Shown: piece after piece, positions 1 to 11,079 of the stretch | Numbering within the stretch: position 1 is the first letter of the stretch | Layout of the letters: the number at the start of each line of letters is the position of its first letter | Source of the DNA: Macrostomum lignano | Lineage: Eukaryota | NCBI GenBank assembly: GCA_002269645.1 | Contig: NIVC01004356.1 | Coordinates: 1 to 48,931 of the forward strand | DNA: 48,931 nucleotides | Reading direction: 5' to 3' | Made by a program: the position numbers and the translations under genes | The notes under the pieces: model-generated | The model's input: only the letters and a program-made list of their open reading frames with translations | What the model was told of the DNA's origin: nothing | Databases searched by the model: none

Positions 1-51
1 TTGCTCCTCCATTTCCCGAACGATTTGTTAACCGCGCTGCCTCCATACAGA

Positions 52-777
52 TCAGAGTTGCGAACATTTGCAGATGAGAGATACTTCGCTGAGTTGCTCA
101 GTAGTACCTAGCATTTTCAGATTATAGCAGGTGAAGAACTCTGGATGATGGATTCGGGTGAATTTAAACTGGCAGGTTGTTTCCTGAATCTTCGATGGGC
201 TGGCGTTTCCGATGTGGCGGGCGATGCAGAAGGGCATGAGGTCGGTCAGATGGTGGCTCACTTCATTCAACTCCGTTTCGTTGATTAGCTGAAAGTAGGT
301 TGTCACCCGATCGTTGTGAAACAATTTCGAAGCGTCGAGGTAGCGCCCCTGCCGCACTAGGCTGCCCATGCCGCGGCGAAGTTCCTGCGACAAGTTGGCT
401 GGGCTGACGATTCTGCCGGAGCGCCAGTGCTCCCGCGCCGCCGAGGCGAACGGGCTGAGCGAGCACACAGTGAGACTGGGGAACGGAGTCAGGTCGTTGA
501 CTCGCTCTTCCACCTGGAAGTTTGTATGAAAAGACAAGAACTCGGAGATGAGGTTATGCGAGCAGTACAAGAGGAATGCCGTCATGCTGACTAGATAGAG
601 CAGCCAGTGCAGGCGCAAAACTCGATGTCGGGTTGCGTAGCACTTTCGCACGCCTCTCAGCGTAGTATTTTCGACGAATGTCTTCAAAGCAAAGTGTAAC
701 CATTTTGTCTGTGCGACTGGCGCAACAGCTTGCAGGGGGCTTTGATCGGGATTTTGAGCAGCGCCTGAAGCGGACAT
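52..777 (-). CDS. DEG/ENaC (amiloride-sensitive, ASIC/FaNaC-like) sodium channel, N-terminal part; continues beyond the left edge of the window
   Basis: Pre-TM1 motif FVENTTLRG, hydrophobic TM1 (LHWLLYLVSMTAFLLYCSHNLISEFL), post-TM1 signature FPSLTVCSLSPF and extracellular HPEFFTCYNL motif. There is no convincing GT donor before the stop at 52-54. Coding-like sequence continues in a shifted frame (ANVRNSDLYGGSAVNKSFGKWRS), so a frameshift near 65-75 is likely. Confidence 0.88.
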   Translation of the reverse strand: MSASGAAQNPDQSPLQAVAPVAQTKWLHFALKTFVENTTLRGVRKCYATRHRVLRLHWLLYLVSMTAFLLYCSHNLISEFLSFHTNFQVEERVNDLTPFPSLTVCSLSPFASAAREHWRSGRIVSPANLSQELRRGMGSLVRQGRYLDASKLFHNDRVTTYFQLINETELNEVSHHLTDLMPFCIARHIGNASPSKIQETTCQFKFTRIHHPEFFTCYNLKMLGTTEQLSEVSLICKCSQL

Positions 778-1439
778 TGTAGCATACGAGCCGTACTAGA
801 TTTGTTCCTTTTCGATTTTTCAAACTTGGCTTAGAAAAATTTCCACATTGTCTGTACAGAGGGGATTTTATAGAGCGCTTCATATCAGATGTTTGTATTC
901 TCATGGGGATGGACTGGCACCAGGAAAGAGACAAACCGAACGAAGTAAAAAATTCACACACCGTGACGCGTCGTAACTCGATAAGCCGAAAAAAGTTTTC
1001 TGCGTGGAAACTTTACGACTCAACCGTCAGTCCTTTCGAAAGCTTCGCAGCTGCTTCGGCTTTCAAAATACTCAAAATATAAAAACTATCAACGACACGA
1101 AATTCTGCGTATTGCAGAGTCGAATTATTTGTGTCGTGTTGAATTATGGGTCAATAATTGTTTCATCTTCGAGTCGAAAAATGTACAAGGATGTAATATT
1201 AAAGCATCTGAGCATTCAGATGTCGAACTCAAGGCTAAAGCACTGTTAAACTTGTCCGCGTTTATGATTAGCTTGATTATAAAATATGCACCGCAGCTCA
1301 AAAGAATTTTGTAATTTTTCGAGAGCAGGAGAGAATGAAAATAGACAGAGAGCAGATCTGCTTTAACGTCTGGATCCTCAGAAACATGTCTACATCATTT
1401 TTCCTCCAATTTTTCATCGACTGTCCACAGAGGTCTCTT

Positions 1440-3788
1440 TCAACTGTCGGTCTTGGCAACCTTGTGGACGCGCACCTGATACCCGTTGCTATCGGCAACC
1501 ACCAACCAGTCCCAGCGACCGCTGGCGCCGCCCTCCCACAGGTCCAGGCACATCGGACTGCCTGCAGCTTGACTGTCGTTCCGATCTGCGCCTCGCCAGC
1601 ATCGCTGCCAACTGTCTGAGCTCTGCTCTTCCGTTGCTCCATAATCTTTCCGTCTCCAACGTCTCCATCAAAGCCGACCTCAAACACTCGCAGGCAGCGA
1701 CGACCATCTGCGTCCAGCAGGCGGATGACGCGGCTGGCCACGTCGGCAATGTACAATCGACCACGTTGGTCAGTCAACACGTCGTAGGGACTCTGGAATG
1801 CAACCGCGTCGCCGTCGCCTCCGGTCAGGGTGGCCACAACCCGGCCGGTGTCAACGTCCAGCCGACGGATGGCTCGACCTGCCCAGTCGGTGATCAGCAG
1901 GCGACGCCCGTGTCGACACCAGGCGAGACTCTCCGTGAAGAAGGCGGCGCTGTAGCATCCGGACACATCCAGAGAGGCCAAAACCGGCCACGGTGGCTGG
2001 CGGCTGACAATTGCAACCTTCTGCTCAGCGTAGCTCAAAGCGTAGAACCTCTGGCTGCCGGGCGGCACAGACAGTCCGGTTAGACGCGATCGCGGCGGCA
2101 GGCCGAGCGCTTGAGGAGTCAGACGACGTCGGAGCCGGCCAGTCAGGTCGAGGATGAACAGACCGGCCCGACCCTGAGTCAGGTAGAGCAGCTGATGGCC
2201 CGAGTCACAGCGTAGGCTGTGCACCTGAAAAGGTATACTCTTATTGTATGACCACTGCTACAACTACTAATCTATTAACATCTACCGTTTCCGAACCAGG
2301 GACAAGGACTTTTAATTTCGCGCTTGTAAACAGGGTTTGTTGCGCAATTCAAGTTAATAATGACCAACCCCCAAGGCTGTCGATAAGAATGTTACGGCCT
2401 CCGTACATGTGTGTGTCTACGTGGGGTTAGCGGAATGGATAGGACTGCTTGCACCCCTCAGTCGACTGTAACCATCGATTTGTGGCGGTTTCCAAAGCCT
2501 ACTCGCAAAACTAACTACATGCGGCCTAATTCAAACCAATGTTAAAATTTAGGACCTATAATGTACCTATGGTTGAGTTCACTCAATCGGAACAGTCTTA
2601 ATCAACTCACCGGTGAGCTCCACCGAAGTGGCGGTGTCAGACGGCCAATCGGCGTGTCGCTGCTCCCGCCCTTCATCGCCAACAGCGCCAGATGGTCCGG
2701 TTGATCATCCGCGTGGAACGCCACCACGAGACATACCGGAGCCAGACGTCGCCAGCTGCCTCCGGCTCCAGTCGGGGTTGAACGAGACCGGGTCACCAGG
2801 CCTTCGTCTGTGTTGCTACCGCTTGAGCAGACCCAGTGACTGGCCGTGTTGTCGCAGATGGCCACCGCCAGATGCGGCCGCCGCCAGTGACCGGGCCGAG
2901 TGTCTTGACGGGCTCCGCACTCAGCTGGAGGAGACCGTCGGTCAGCGCCTTGTGAGCAGCGCGCGTCCCGCCAGGCTTTCGGCTGCGCGGAGTGACTCGG
3001 CTCGCGAGACGGGGTTTCGCATTCGGTCAGATAGACTACAGAGTCGCTGATCTGCGTGGGGCATGGGGCTAAGTTTGTTAGTTAGCTGAAGGGGATTGGG
3101 CTGCTAATCAAGGTGAGAAGCGACACACAGTCATGGCCATTCCGCTGAACCCGAGTATGCACACGTGTACATGGATACGCACTCGCATCTTACATTGGTA
3201 CTGAGGTACTTTGGCGGGAAATTCGGACGTGTTACAGCTGAGATACTCTGCTTTGTGTGATTCATGAGTTCCCAGCGAGAATGATATCGGAGTACTCGTA
3301 TATTCCATTTCTATTGCTTCCAGAAAAGACGAGGAATAGACTCGACTACCCTTGACTCCAGATCCTCACCTGGTCGACAAGTTGAAACACGTGCCGCCAG
3401 TTGCCCGCATCAGCTGCTCGATTCGCTGTCTCCGAGAACTGCACTACCCCCTCAAGTGCTCGAATTCGCCCAGTCAGCTGGTCGAGCTCCCGCTTAGCTG
3501 CGTCGCAGATTCTACGTCGCCAGTACTGCTGCTGAGCCTTCAACAGGCGGAACTGCTGCTCAAGCTCAATCTGATCGGCTTCCTGACGGCTCAAGCATCG
3601 CCGAAGCTCCGGATAATTTTCCGTAGCCTCCGCCAGAGCTTTCAGAGCGGCTAGGCCAAGAGCTCGAACTCGGCGCTGCTCGCGATGCAGATGGCCGCGG
3701 CAGAGCGGCTGACCGAGTGAGGGCAGACTCCGACCGACGGCGCGACCTCGCACAGGGCCACGCTGCATGCGGCCGGCGTGGCGAGCAT
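1440..3788 (-). pseudogene. NHL-repeat protein with N-terminal B-box-like Zn finger and coiled coil (RING-less TRIM-NHL-like), copy A; frameshifted (pseudogene or assembly indels)
   Basis: Exons 3788-3370, 3051-2611 and 2224-1440; both introns are phase 0 with canonical sites (CAG|GTGAGG, cacgcag|, CCG|GTGAGT, ttttcag|). The spliced junction LRWSSP|VHSLRCDS aligns with IDWSLPISDLHCDS in the paralogue. NHL motifs include LLITDW, FQSPYDVLTDQRGRLYIAD and LVVADS. Single-base frameshifts are needed at about 3715 (CPH[C]GQPLC) and about 1580 (QIG[N]DSQAAGSPMCLDL), and probably at about 2871 plus compensating shifts near 2960-2990. Confidence 0.75.
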
Positions 3789-4330
3789 GTCGAGTCAAGA
3801 AAGCCCAACTAACTAACAGGTTAACCTTTGCTGTCTTCTGCTTGTACGAGTTGGTGACTTACTAGATTCTCAAAAAATATCGTAGCGCTATCGCTAACCA
3901 TTATTTAAAGCCTAGCACACTGTATTACACAGATAACAGCTCGCACTGCCTTGGATACACAGCTCTTTTAGTAGGGGAGAGTTGAAAAGGTTTTTCTGTA
4001 CGCTGTAACCATTTTATCAGGTGCGCATTTTCCAGATTTCGTGAACGCACATAGATCCAATGCAATGGATTGAACTTACTTTCGGCTGGATGCCTTTCTC
4101 CAATCGGGTTTAGAATGAGCTCACGAAGTCAACAATACTTTATTCGACCTTTATTATTGCTAATATGCACAGTTTATTACCGCTAATAACTCTCATGATG
4201 TTGATACAACTGGTACCGAAAATATGCGTAGGCACATCATGAACTGAGAAAAGTGTAGCATGCATATAAAAATTGTATTTTACTGTCGAACAGCATGATA
4301 GTCACATTTATCTTCTAGCCCAATCACTCC

Positions 4331-6902
4331 TCAGTAGAGCTGAAACTCTTTCACAGCCTGGTTGCGCCAGTCGGCTACGTACAGCAGCCGCTGACCGGAC
4401 AGCGGATCCGGTTCGAGCAGCCCGACGCCCTGCGGACCGTCGAATTGTCCTTCGCCGCCGCCCGGTTGGCCGTCAATGCCCAGCACGTGCACCGTGCTGC
4501 CATCGGCCAGGAACAGCTGCACAGTCTGGCCCCAGCTGTCGCTGACGCAAACAACGCCTCGACTATCTACGGCCAAACCCGTCGGCCGCTGTAGCTGCGG
4601 ACTGTCAGCCGCGCCAGCCGTTGGGTAGGACGCGATGAGGCGTCCAGTGAGGCTGCACACTTTGTGCACGGATCGGCCGCCTTTATCGGCCACCAGCACC
4701 CGGCTGCCGCTTATCGCCAGGCCGCCCATCCACGGCCTGCCGGTGAAGAAGTTGCCGAGATCGAAGTCCGCCGACACGCTGTAGTCGGATTTGTCGATGC
4801 CGAGCAGCCGCTTCTCTTTTCCATCGAGCAGGAAGAGCTGATCGCGGCCGGAGACTACCGCCGAGGCGGCACCGAGCTTGTGCTCGAGGCTGTTGGCGTT
4901 GATCTTGTGCAATACGTTGCCGCTCAGGCTGACTACGGTGCAGCCATCTTCACCCTGCGAGATGTACAACCGCTGAGCGGAGCTGTCACAGTGCAGGTCG
5001 CTGATCGGAAGGCTCCAGTCAATCTCAGCGTCCAGCCGATGCCGCTGACCACTTGGGAGTTCGATAACTAGCAGGTGATGCGAACGCTCGTTCAGATCGT
5101 AGGAAACAAACAGGCAGGCAGGCCCGAGAGGTCGCTGAGCCTCTGAGGCGCCCTTGGCAACCAGACGGCTGCCACCTGCTGCCGAGCAGTGAAAGCCGGC
5201 AGTGTTTGAACAGACAGCCAAGCATTCGATCTCGCCTCCAAGGTTACGCAGGGTGCGGCGCAACTCTACGGGCGGTGCGGATGCCGGTCTGTCACCTGTG
5301 GGGCCGGTGGAGAAGTTTTTTAGACTTTTTTAGACTTTTTAGACGAATATACTTTTTTGCGATTGAATTCGTCCAAACTGCAAAACCTTTCGTCCACAAA
5401 TGCTTTCTTAATGGGAGCTAAATTTAGATCATACCAAAGACAACTGTGTTTACGCGAAAAGGTTCGTCCAGTTTGTAAAACATTTCGTCCCCTAGACTAG
5501 AGACCGAGTGTACTGTTCCTACCATAGTTAACACCCAATTGACAGTTTTGCTACCACTACAGCTACAGCAACGCATATCTTCCATTCTGAACCCGGCAAA
5601 ACAGTCGAAGATGAACCGAGGCCCCTACCATCCAGTGTCAAACGAAGACCGCAGGCGATTAGCCTTGGCTGTTGAAGAAGGCCGCGATTGGAAACAACTG
5701 GCCGATATCGTTGGGATCAAGAGAAAGACAGCCAAAACGATTGTCGACACCTGCGTTCAAACCAAGCGCATTGAGAAGCTTCCAGCTGTTTGGACGAAGG
5801 GTTTAGACGAAATGTTTTACAAACTGGATGAACCGTTTTGCGTGAACACAGTTGTCTATGGTATAATCTAAATTTAGCTCCCATTAAGAAAGCGTTAGTG
5901 GACGAAAGGTTTTGCAGTTTGGACGAATTCAATAGCAAAAAAGTATAGTTCAGTCTTAAGTCAAATATGCTGCTGTTATGATCAACCTTCGAATTTCTGT
6001 ATCTTTTAGCTAGTCGGCAATAATGTTAATGGTGTCTGCTTTGCCGAGTGATTCGATAGAAAGCCGCTGCCTGTCCCCTCCCCAAATGCAGAGTGTCGCT
6101 AAAAGAGGAGATCCTGTAAAAGTATTTAGGGGCATAGCAATGTTCCTCGCATGCCATAAAATCCGTGCTGACATTACGTCCCAGCCCCAAAGTACCACAG
6201 AATCGAGCAAAGACGTACTGTCAGTGCCGATGTTTTCTTAGAAGCTGTTTGTTCCATTGATACTATCGCTTAGTTCACAATTAGTGACCCACCCGCCAAC
6301 GGAGACATCTGCCTGTCCAGCAGGTATCTGGCGTTCCTGACAGCCGAGCAAATGTCCGTCAAGTTGCCCCGATCGGCCATGAAGCCGCCGCCTTCGCCGG
6401 ACTCGCCAGATCCGTCGCTCGGATTGAGAAGCTCCAGCGTCGGCTCCACCTGGGCCGCCAGCTCATACACTCGGCGGTAGTCGCCAGAACGGTCGGCGGC
6501 GCGGATGGCCTCAGCGTAGCCAACTACATGCTTGCAGGCGGCGATTTTGCTGCTGAGCGACTCGTAGCGACCCCTGGCTGAGTCAACGATGTCAACGCGC
6601 CAGGCGTCGAGCTCGGCCTCAAGCGAGTCGAACACTACCTCCAGTTCACGCACGTCGCTGGCCATTCGCTGGCGTCGCGGCTCGAAGTCCCCCAGTCCGG
6701 CTCGAAGTGCAGCGATTCTCGCCTCGGTATCGACTCGAAGCAGGCGAACTCGTTCAACATCGGCCGCCAAGTGGCCGGAGCAGAGGCTCAGGTTTGAGCG
6801 AGGTCCCCGGCCGACGCTGGTCTCGTTGCAGAGCATGATCTCGCATTTTCCTGTCGTTGCTTCGCCCGCAGCGCTGCCGGGTCGGCTTGATGAGCTAGCC
6901 AT
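4331..6902 (-). CDS. NHL-repeat protein with degenerate B-box-like motif and coiled coil (RING-less TRIM-NHL-like), copy B; intact, about 524 aa
   Basis: Exon 1 is 6902-6293 (ATG of MASSSS; donor G|GTGGGT). Exon 2 is 5295-4331 (acceptor ccccacag|). The phase-1 join reads MSPLA-G-DRPASAP and the total of 1575 nt is in frame. NHL repeats include VLVADKGGRSV, LQRPTGLAVDSRGVVCVSDSWGQTVQLF and QFDGPQGV...LYVADWRNQAVKEF. The N-terminus has CEIMLC...LCSGHL followed by a heptad-rich helix. Confidence 0.88.
5352..5943 (+). mobile_element. Internally deleted IS630/Tc1/mariner-like DNA transposon in the intron of NHL copy B
   Basis: Terminal inverted repeats of 138 bp at 5352-5489 and 5806-5943 with about 9 mismatches, flanked by TA on both sides. 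The repeats carry internal TTCGTCC copies. Between them (5611 to about 5790) is an N-terminal HTH-like transposase fragment, MNRGPYHPVSNEDRRRLALAVEEGRDWKQLADIVGIKRKTAKTIVDTCVQTKRIEKLP, with no DDE domain. Confidence 0.85.
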
Positions 6903-9118
6903 TTTTGAAGGGGGGCCCAACTGAGTGAGCCGGGTGTTCTGGCTGGGCTTCTTGTGGCAGAGCGCATTAAACCTTGCCCGGTAATACTGATAAGATAAGC
7001 AGCTACAGTCTCTCCACCACGCTCCGTCCCCCTTTTCACTATGCTCCTTTCTGTCACTTGTTTCAGCAGAAATTTATGACACTGAACTTGAAAGCAAATG
7101 CCTACATACTTTTTAAATTAATGAAGCTGGATTTAACAGGGTAATTTATTGGTTTATACAGTTGGTTAAGTTTGAAGCATAGTCTTGTACCGTAGTCCCT
7201 GGGTTCGATTCCGAATTAATTTTAGGTTCGTGCCCATGATTACACCGATAATGGCCACGCCAAACACAAGCCACAGATTGTGTAAATGCCTGACAACGAC
7301 CGAGAAGTCAGAGTCGAGAAGGCAGAAAGAGCATAACTGTCTCTTTGATTTGCGGATTTTTACATATTTGAGCCCCCGGCCTAGCATGTTCACCTACTGA
7401 AGCAGCATTAACAGTTTTATTACCCTGCCAGCCCTACAATAGCGCTATCCGCTGAGCCAGAGCTACTACTAAAAAAGTAAACTGCAGTGTAAAAACAGTG
7501 CAGTGTAGCTTCATGGCTAGACTTATCGACCTTGGGTTCAGGATGAGTTAAGTTAAGTAAATTTTACCCTACAATTTTAACAAACTGAAACCTCTCGTAC
7601 TAGTGACAAACTCTGCTTCAATTTCGGCAATCAATAGCAGGACATGACGAAAATACTATCAATTTTGACGAACCAGTCAGACAGTCAATTTTAACTCTGA
7701 ACGGCGATGCAGCATTGTTACGAGTATCGAAAACGTTAGCAGTCACAATGACGCTGAAGACTTCGAACTTCCAGGTCTGATCGAGATCAACCGACTGGCA
7801 GTCTACGGCCCATATTCTTGACACCTATAGATAACGCTATCTCTTGCTGGAAGGCAGCTCTGAAGCCTGGATCCAAGTTTGACTTCATCCAGCCCATGTT
7901 GTATTACAATTCAACTTATATTGGAACTAGTCTTAAATTCAAAGTCTATTAATTGGTGTTTCAAGAACAGCTTTAAACGAAGAAATAGGACGAATGCATT
8001 ATGCGTTAACTTTGAACCAACATCCAGCAGACATTGAGCTCCTTCTGTTTGACTTACGGTCCGTTCAAATTTAATTTAGACTGTCTGATGTAGAAGTGGT
8101 AATAGATTGTCGCTATTGAGCGAAGTTTTTCACCATAAGAAAACTTAAAGGTACAACCAAAGATTAATGAAGCCGCGAAGTGTAGAGTGCCAATCTGGGG
8201 TAAAACTTGAAGCAGGTTTTCGAATTTCGCCCACTCGTATCAACCAAGGTCACCAGCTTATACGAGTCCTCAGCCGTTTGCGGCCTAATAAAGTACTTCT
8301 CCCCCTGTATCTGTTGCAAATAGTCTATAGTCAAAGGCTTCTAGGTTGTAATCTGAGTTCCGGCCTGTTGTACACAGAGTAGGCGTATAATAATTACAAA
8401 GTCGCTATTCAAAAGGCGCAAATCGAGCCGAAGGCTACGCGACTCTACGAGTGCATCCGCATACCAGAAAAGATCCCGGTTTGTACAAATCGGAAGTACA
8501 GAGTCTAAATTCCTTTTCGGTGGGGGAGTTTTGAAACCAAAAGCTATGAAGCGATCTACTTGGAGATTACTATGAATATTATTACATCATTACGACTTTG
8601 TCCGCATCTCGTACTGAGTCTGTAGGGTCGCGAGCACTCATGTTTAGAATTGGAACTTTTTTGTTTTAGAACTAATTTCAGTCAGAGTCCATGGCAGCAG
8701 CGACAGCAGCCACTATTTTTCCATTGACTGGGCCCGCAGCTTTTCCGTCCATGGAGGTCGCATGCTTCATAGGGGCTAAAAGCACAAGTGCCATCATTTT
8801 GAAAAAAAAACTATCGAATGAAATGAATTGGCATTGCCCCATTGTTCCACTTTAGCATTCCTCTCAGGCTTAAGTTGCGATAAATTTCTCAGAAATTCTA
8901 TCCGCTCGTAAAAAGTTTAAAAAATGTTGGAGAGCGCGACAATGCTTGAAGTGCAGTTGCATTTTCAGCATAAAACAAATCTAACGAATTCCGAGACATT
9001 ATTTTCATTCTCCGGGATTTCATCTGGTAATATTCTGTAGTATAGCGGAAAATCGTGATCTCGATGTTTTATGAGATGAAAAATACCTTTATCGGGATAT
9101 ATAACTTCGGCCCTCGGG

Positions 9119-9377
9119 ATTTATTCCCACTTGGTCCCGGCCTTAGACTACAGTATCTAGATAACTATTTATTCCCCACTTGGTCCCGGCCATAGACTAC
9201 AGAAATGTATTTATTCCCCACTTGGTCCCGGCCATAGACTACAGAAATGTACTTATTCCCCACTTGGTCCCGGCCATAGACTACAGAAATGTATTTATTC
9301 CCCACTTGGTCCCGGCCATAGACTACAGAAATGTACTTATTCCCCACTTGGTCCCGGCCATAGACTACAGAAATGTT
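9119..9377. repeat. 42-bp tandem repeat, 5 near-identical copies plus one degenerate copy
   Basis: Unit ATTTATTCCCCACTTGGTCCCGGCCATAGACTACAGAAATGT; no unique spacers. Confidence 0.9.
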
Positions 9378-10014
9378 TTTGGCTCGTATTGGGAGTTTTA
9401 TTGCAAAAGGCCAAATACATGTAAATGCGTACGATTAAGATTAAGAGATTAAGATACGGTTAAGAATGAATCTCTAATTTTTACAAAGCTATAAAAAAGT
9501 CAATGCAGAAGTGAGACATAGTCAATGCAGAAGCTATACAAACAGATAAACTTACATTCGATCTGACTAAAACAAAAACTATGGCTACTTTTGTGTGAAA
9601 AATTCAATTTTCCTCTACCCGCAGTGTGCTTTTTTTCCAGAAAAAAATCTACCCCTCCCTCAAATGTCCTACTAAGTTGTCCTTGATTGTATCAATGAAA
9701 ACTTTCGCTTTTACTATTCATTGTTACGAGCTAAAATCCCCTTCGTATGTTACCCGACTGGGACAATAGTAAAACGTTGTGCCTACTGCAGCCTATTCTC
9801 ACTGGACAGCGGCAAATGGTCAGTTGAAATCTCTTGCCCCTATATGAGATCATCATCAGCACCCACCGGGTTGCCAATCGTGAGTACGGATGAATGGCTA
9901 ATGAGAATCTCCTCATTTTTAAAATTAGATAGAAGATCACTGGTGATACTTCGCGGCAGAATTGCTCTCTACGTAACCGTAGTGTATCAGGGAGCAGAGT
10001 AGCTGTAGTATTCC

Positions 10015-11079
10015 ATGGTGAAAATAGCGCAATTGCGCAAGGGGCTGCTCAGGTGCAGCTTGTGCTTACTTGTTAGCCTAACAATTTTCTACTGTTTATT
10101 CGAACGCAATTCCGTGCATTCGGTCAACATCGAAGCGCCGACCCTCCCAGATGAGGAGGTTGCATCCGCACTGAACCGCCTGCGCAGCGGTGGCGTCCCC
10201 TGCAGCCAAGTCCAGAACATGTTCTTTGACCGCATACCGCCTGTGATCCACTGGACCAACAGGGACGACCAAGTGCTGGCCAAGCATTGCAACCTGGTTT
10301 TGTCCTGGCCGGCTCATCTGGCCGAATCAGCCGCCTACATGCTGTGGGACGATGCCAAAATTGAGCATCTATTGATGCGTCACTATCCCGAACTCTGGAA
10401 GCGCTACAAGCACCTAGGCGCAGGCATATTGCGCTCCGATCTGGGCCGACTGGCTATCGTTCACCATGTCGGCGGGGTCTACACGGACTTGGACGTGAAG
10501 TTGCTGCGCGATTTCTTGCCGTTATTGAAAAACCACTCGTCCCTATGGTCGCAGGAGCCGTGGGAGCACGCGAACTATTTGTACGGCCGGAGAGAGATGC
10601 TGAGCAATGCGCTTTTTATGAGCCGAGCGAAGGACCCATTTTTAGAGTACGTGTTGCGCGCCTGGCCCGACTGGTTCGACCGCACTTGGCTTCGCAAACC
10701 GGGGAACCACTTGGCCAACTCGTTGTCAGCCGTGGCAATGACCGGGCCGGTCATGCTGAACCACTTCATGGACGAATACAGGCGGATTCACGGCAACAGC
10801 ACACCGACATTGGCCAAGCCGGATGCGTTTCAGCCCTGGTGGGACGCAACCTCGATACCGCTCTTTCTTAGAAAAGACTGCGTCTTTACAGCTGTCATGA
10901 AACCGAAAGAGCGGCAGCGTTGCTTGGAGACGCGCGGCGCCAAGTTCGTTGCACGAAGCATTCCGGCCGACTCTTATGCTATTCACCTTTACTTGCACAC
11001 CGGCTACGGAGCTCCCTTGAACTATTCCGGAGCTAAAAAATTCAAATTGCTGCTAAATGCGAGTTCTTGCATAGTGTAG
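10015..11079 (+). CDS. Glycosyltransferase family 32 (DXD sugar-binding, Och1/Sur1/A4GalT-like), type II membrane protein, single exon, 354 aa
   Basis: N-terminal signal-anchor (LLRCSLCLLVSLTIFYCLF), IPPVIHWT motif, RSDLGRLAIVHHVGGVYTDLDV containing the DXD, SNALFMSRAKDPFL, and MTGPVML. Uninterrupted ATG-to-stop ORF. Confidence 0.88.
   Translation: MVKIAQLRKGLLRCSLCLLVSLTIFYCLFERNSVHSVNIEAPTLPDEEVASALNRLRSGGVPCSQVQNMFFDRIPPVIHWTNRDDQVLAKHCNLVLSWPAHLAESAAYMLWDDAKIEHLLMRHYPELWKRYKHLGAGILRSDLGRLAIVHHVGGVYTDLDVKLLRDFLPLLKNHSSLWSQEPWEHANYLYGRREMLSNALFMSRAKDPFLEYVLRAWPDWFDRTWLRKPGNHLANSLSAVAMTGPVMLNHFMDEYRRIHGNSTPTLAKPDAFQPWWDATSIPLFLRKDCVFTAVMKPKERQRCLETRGAKFVARSIPADSYAIHLYLHTGYGAPLNYSGAKKFKLLLNASSCIV

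Noticed and set aside
1335-6924. Plus-strand ORFs overlapping the NHL genes
   Set aside because: These are antisense shadows of GC-rich coding sequence with no recognisable domains.
9119-9377. CRISPR-like 42-bp repeats (and the 41-bp array at 46196-46700)
   Set aside because: The units are head to tail with no unique spacers, there are no cas genes, and the context is eukaryotic.
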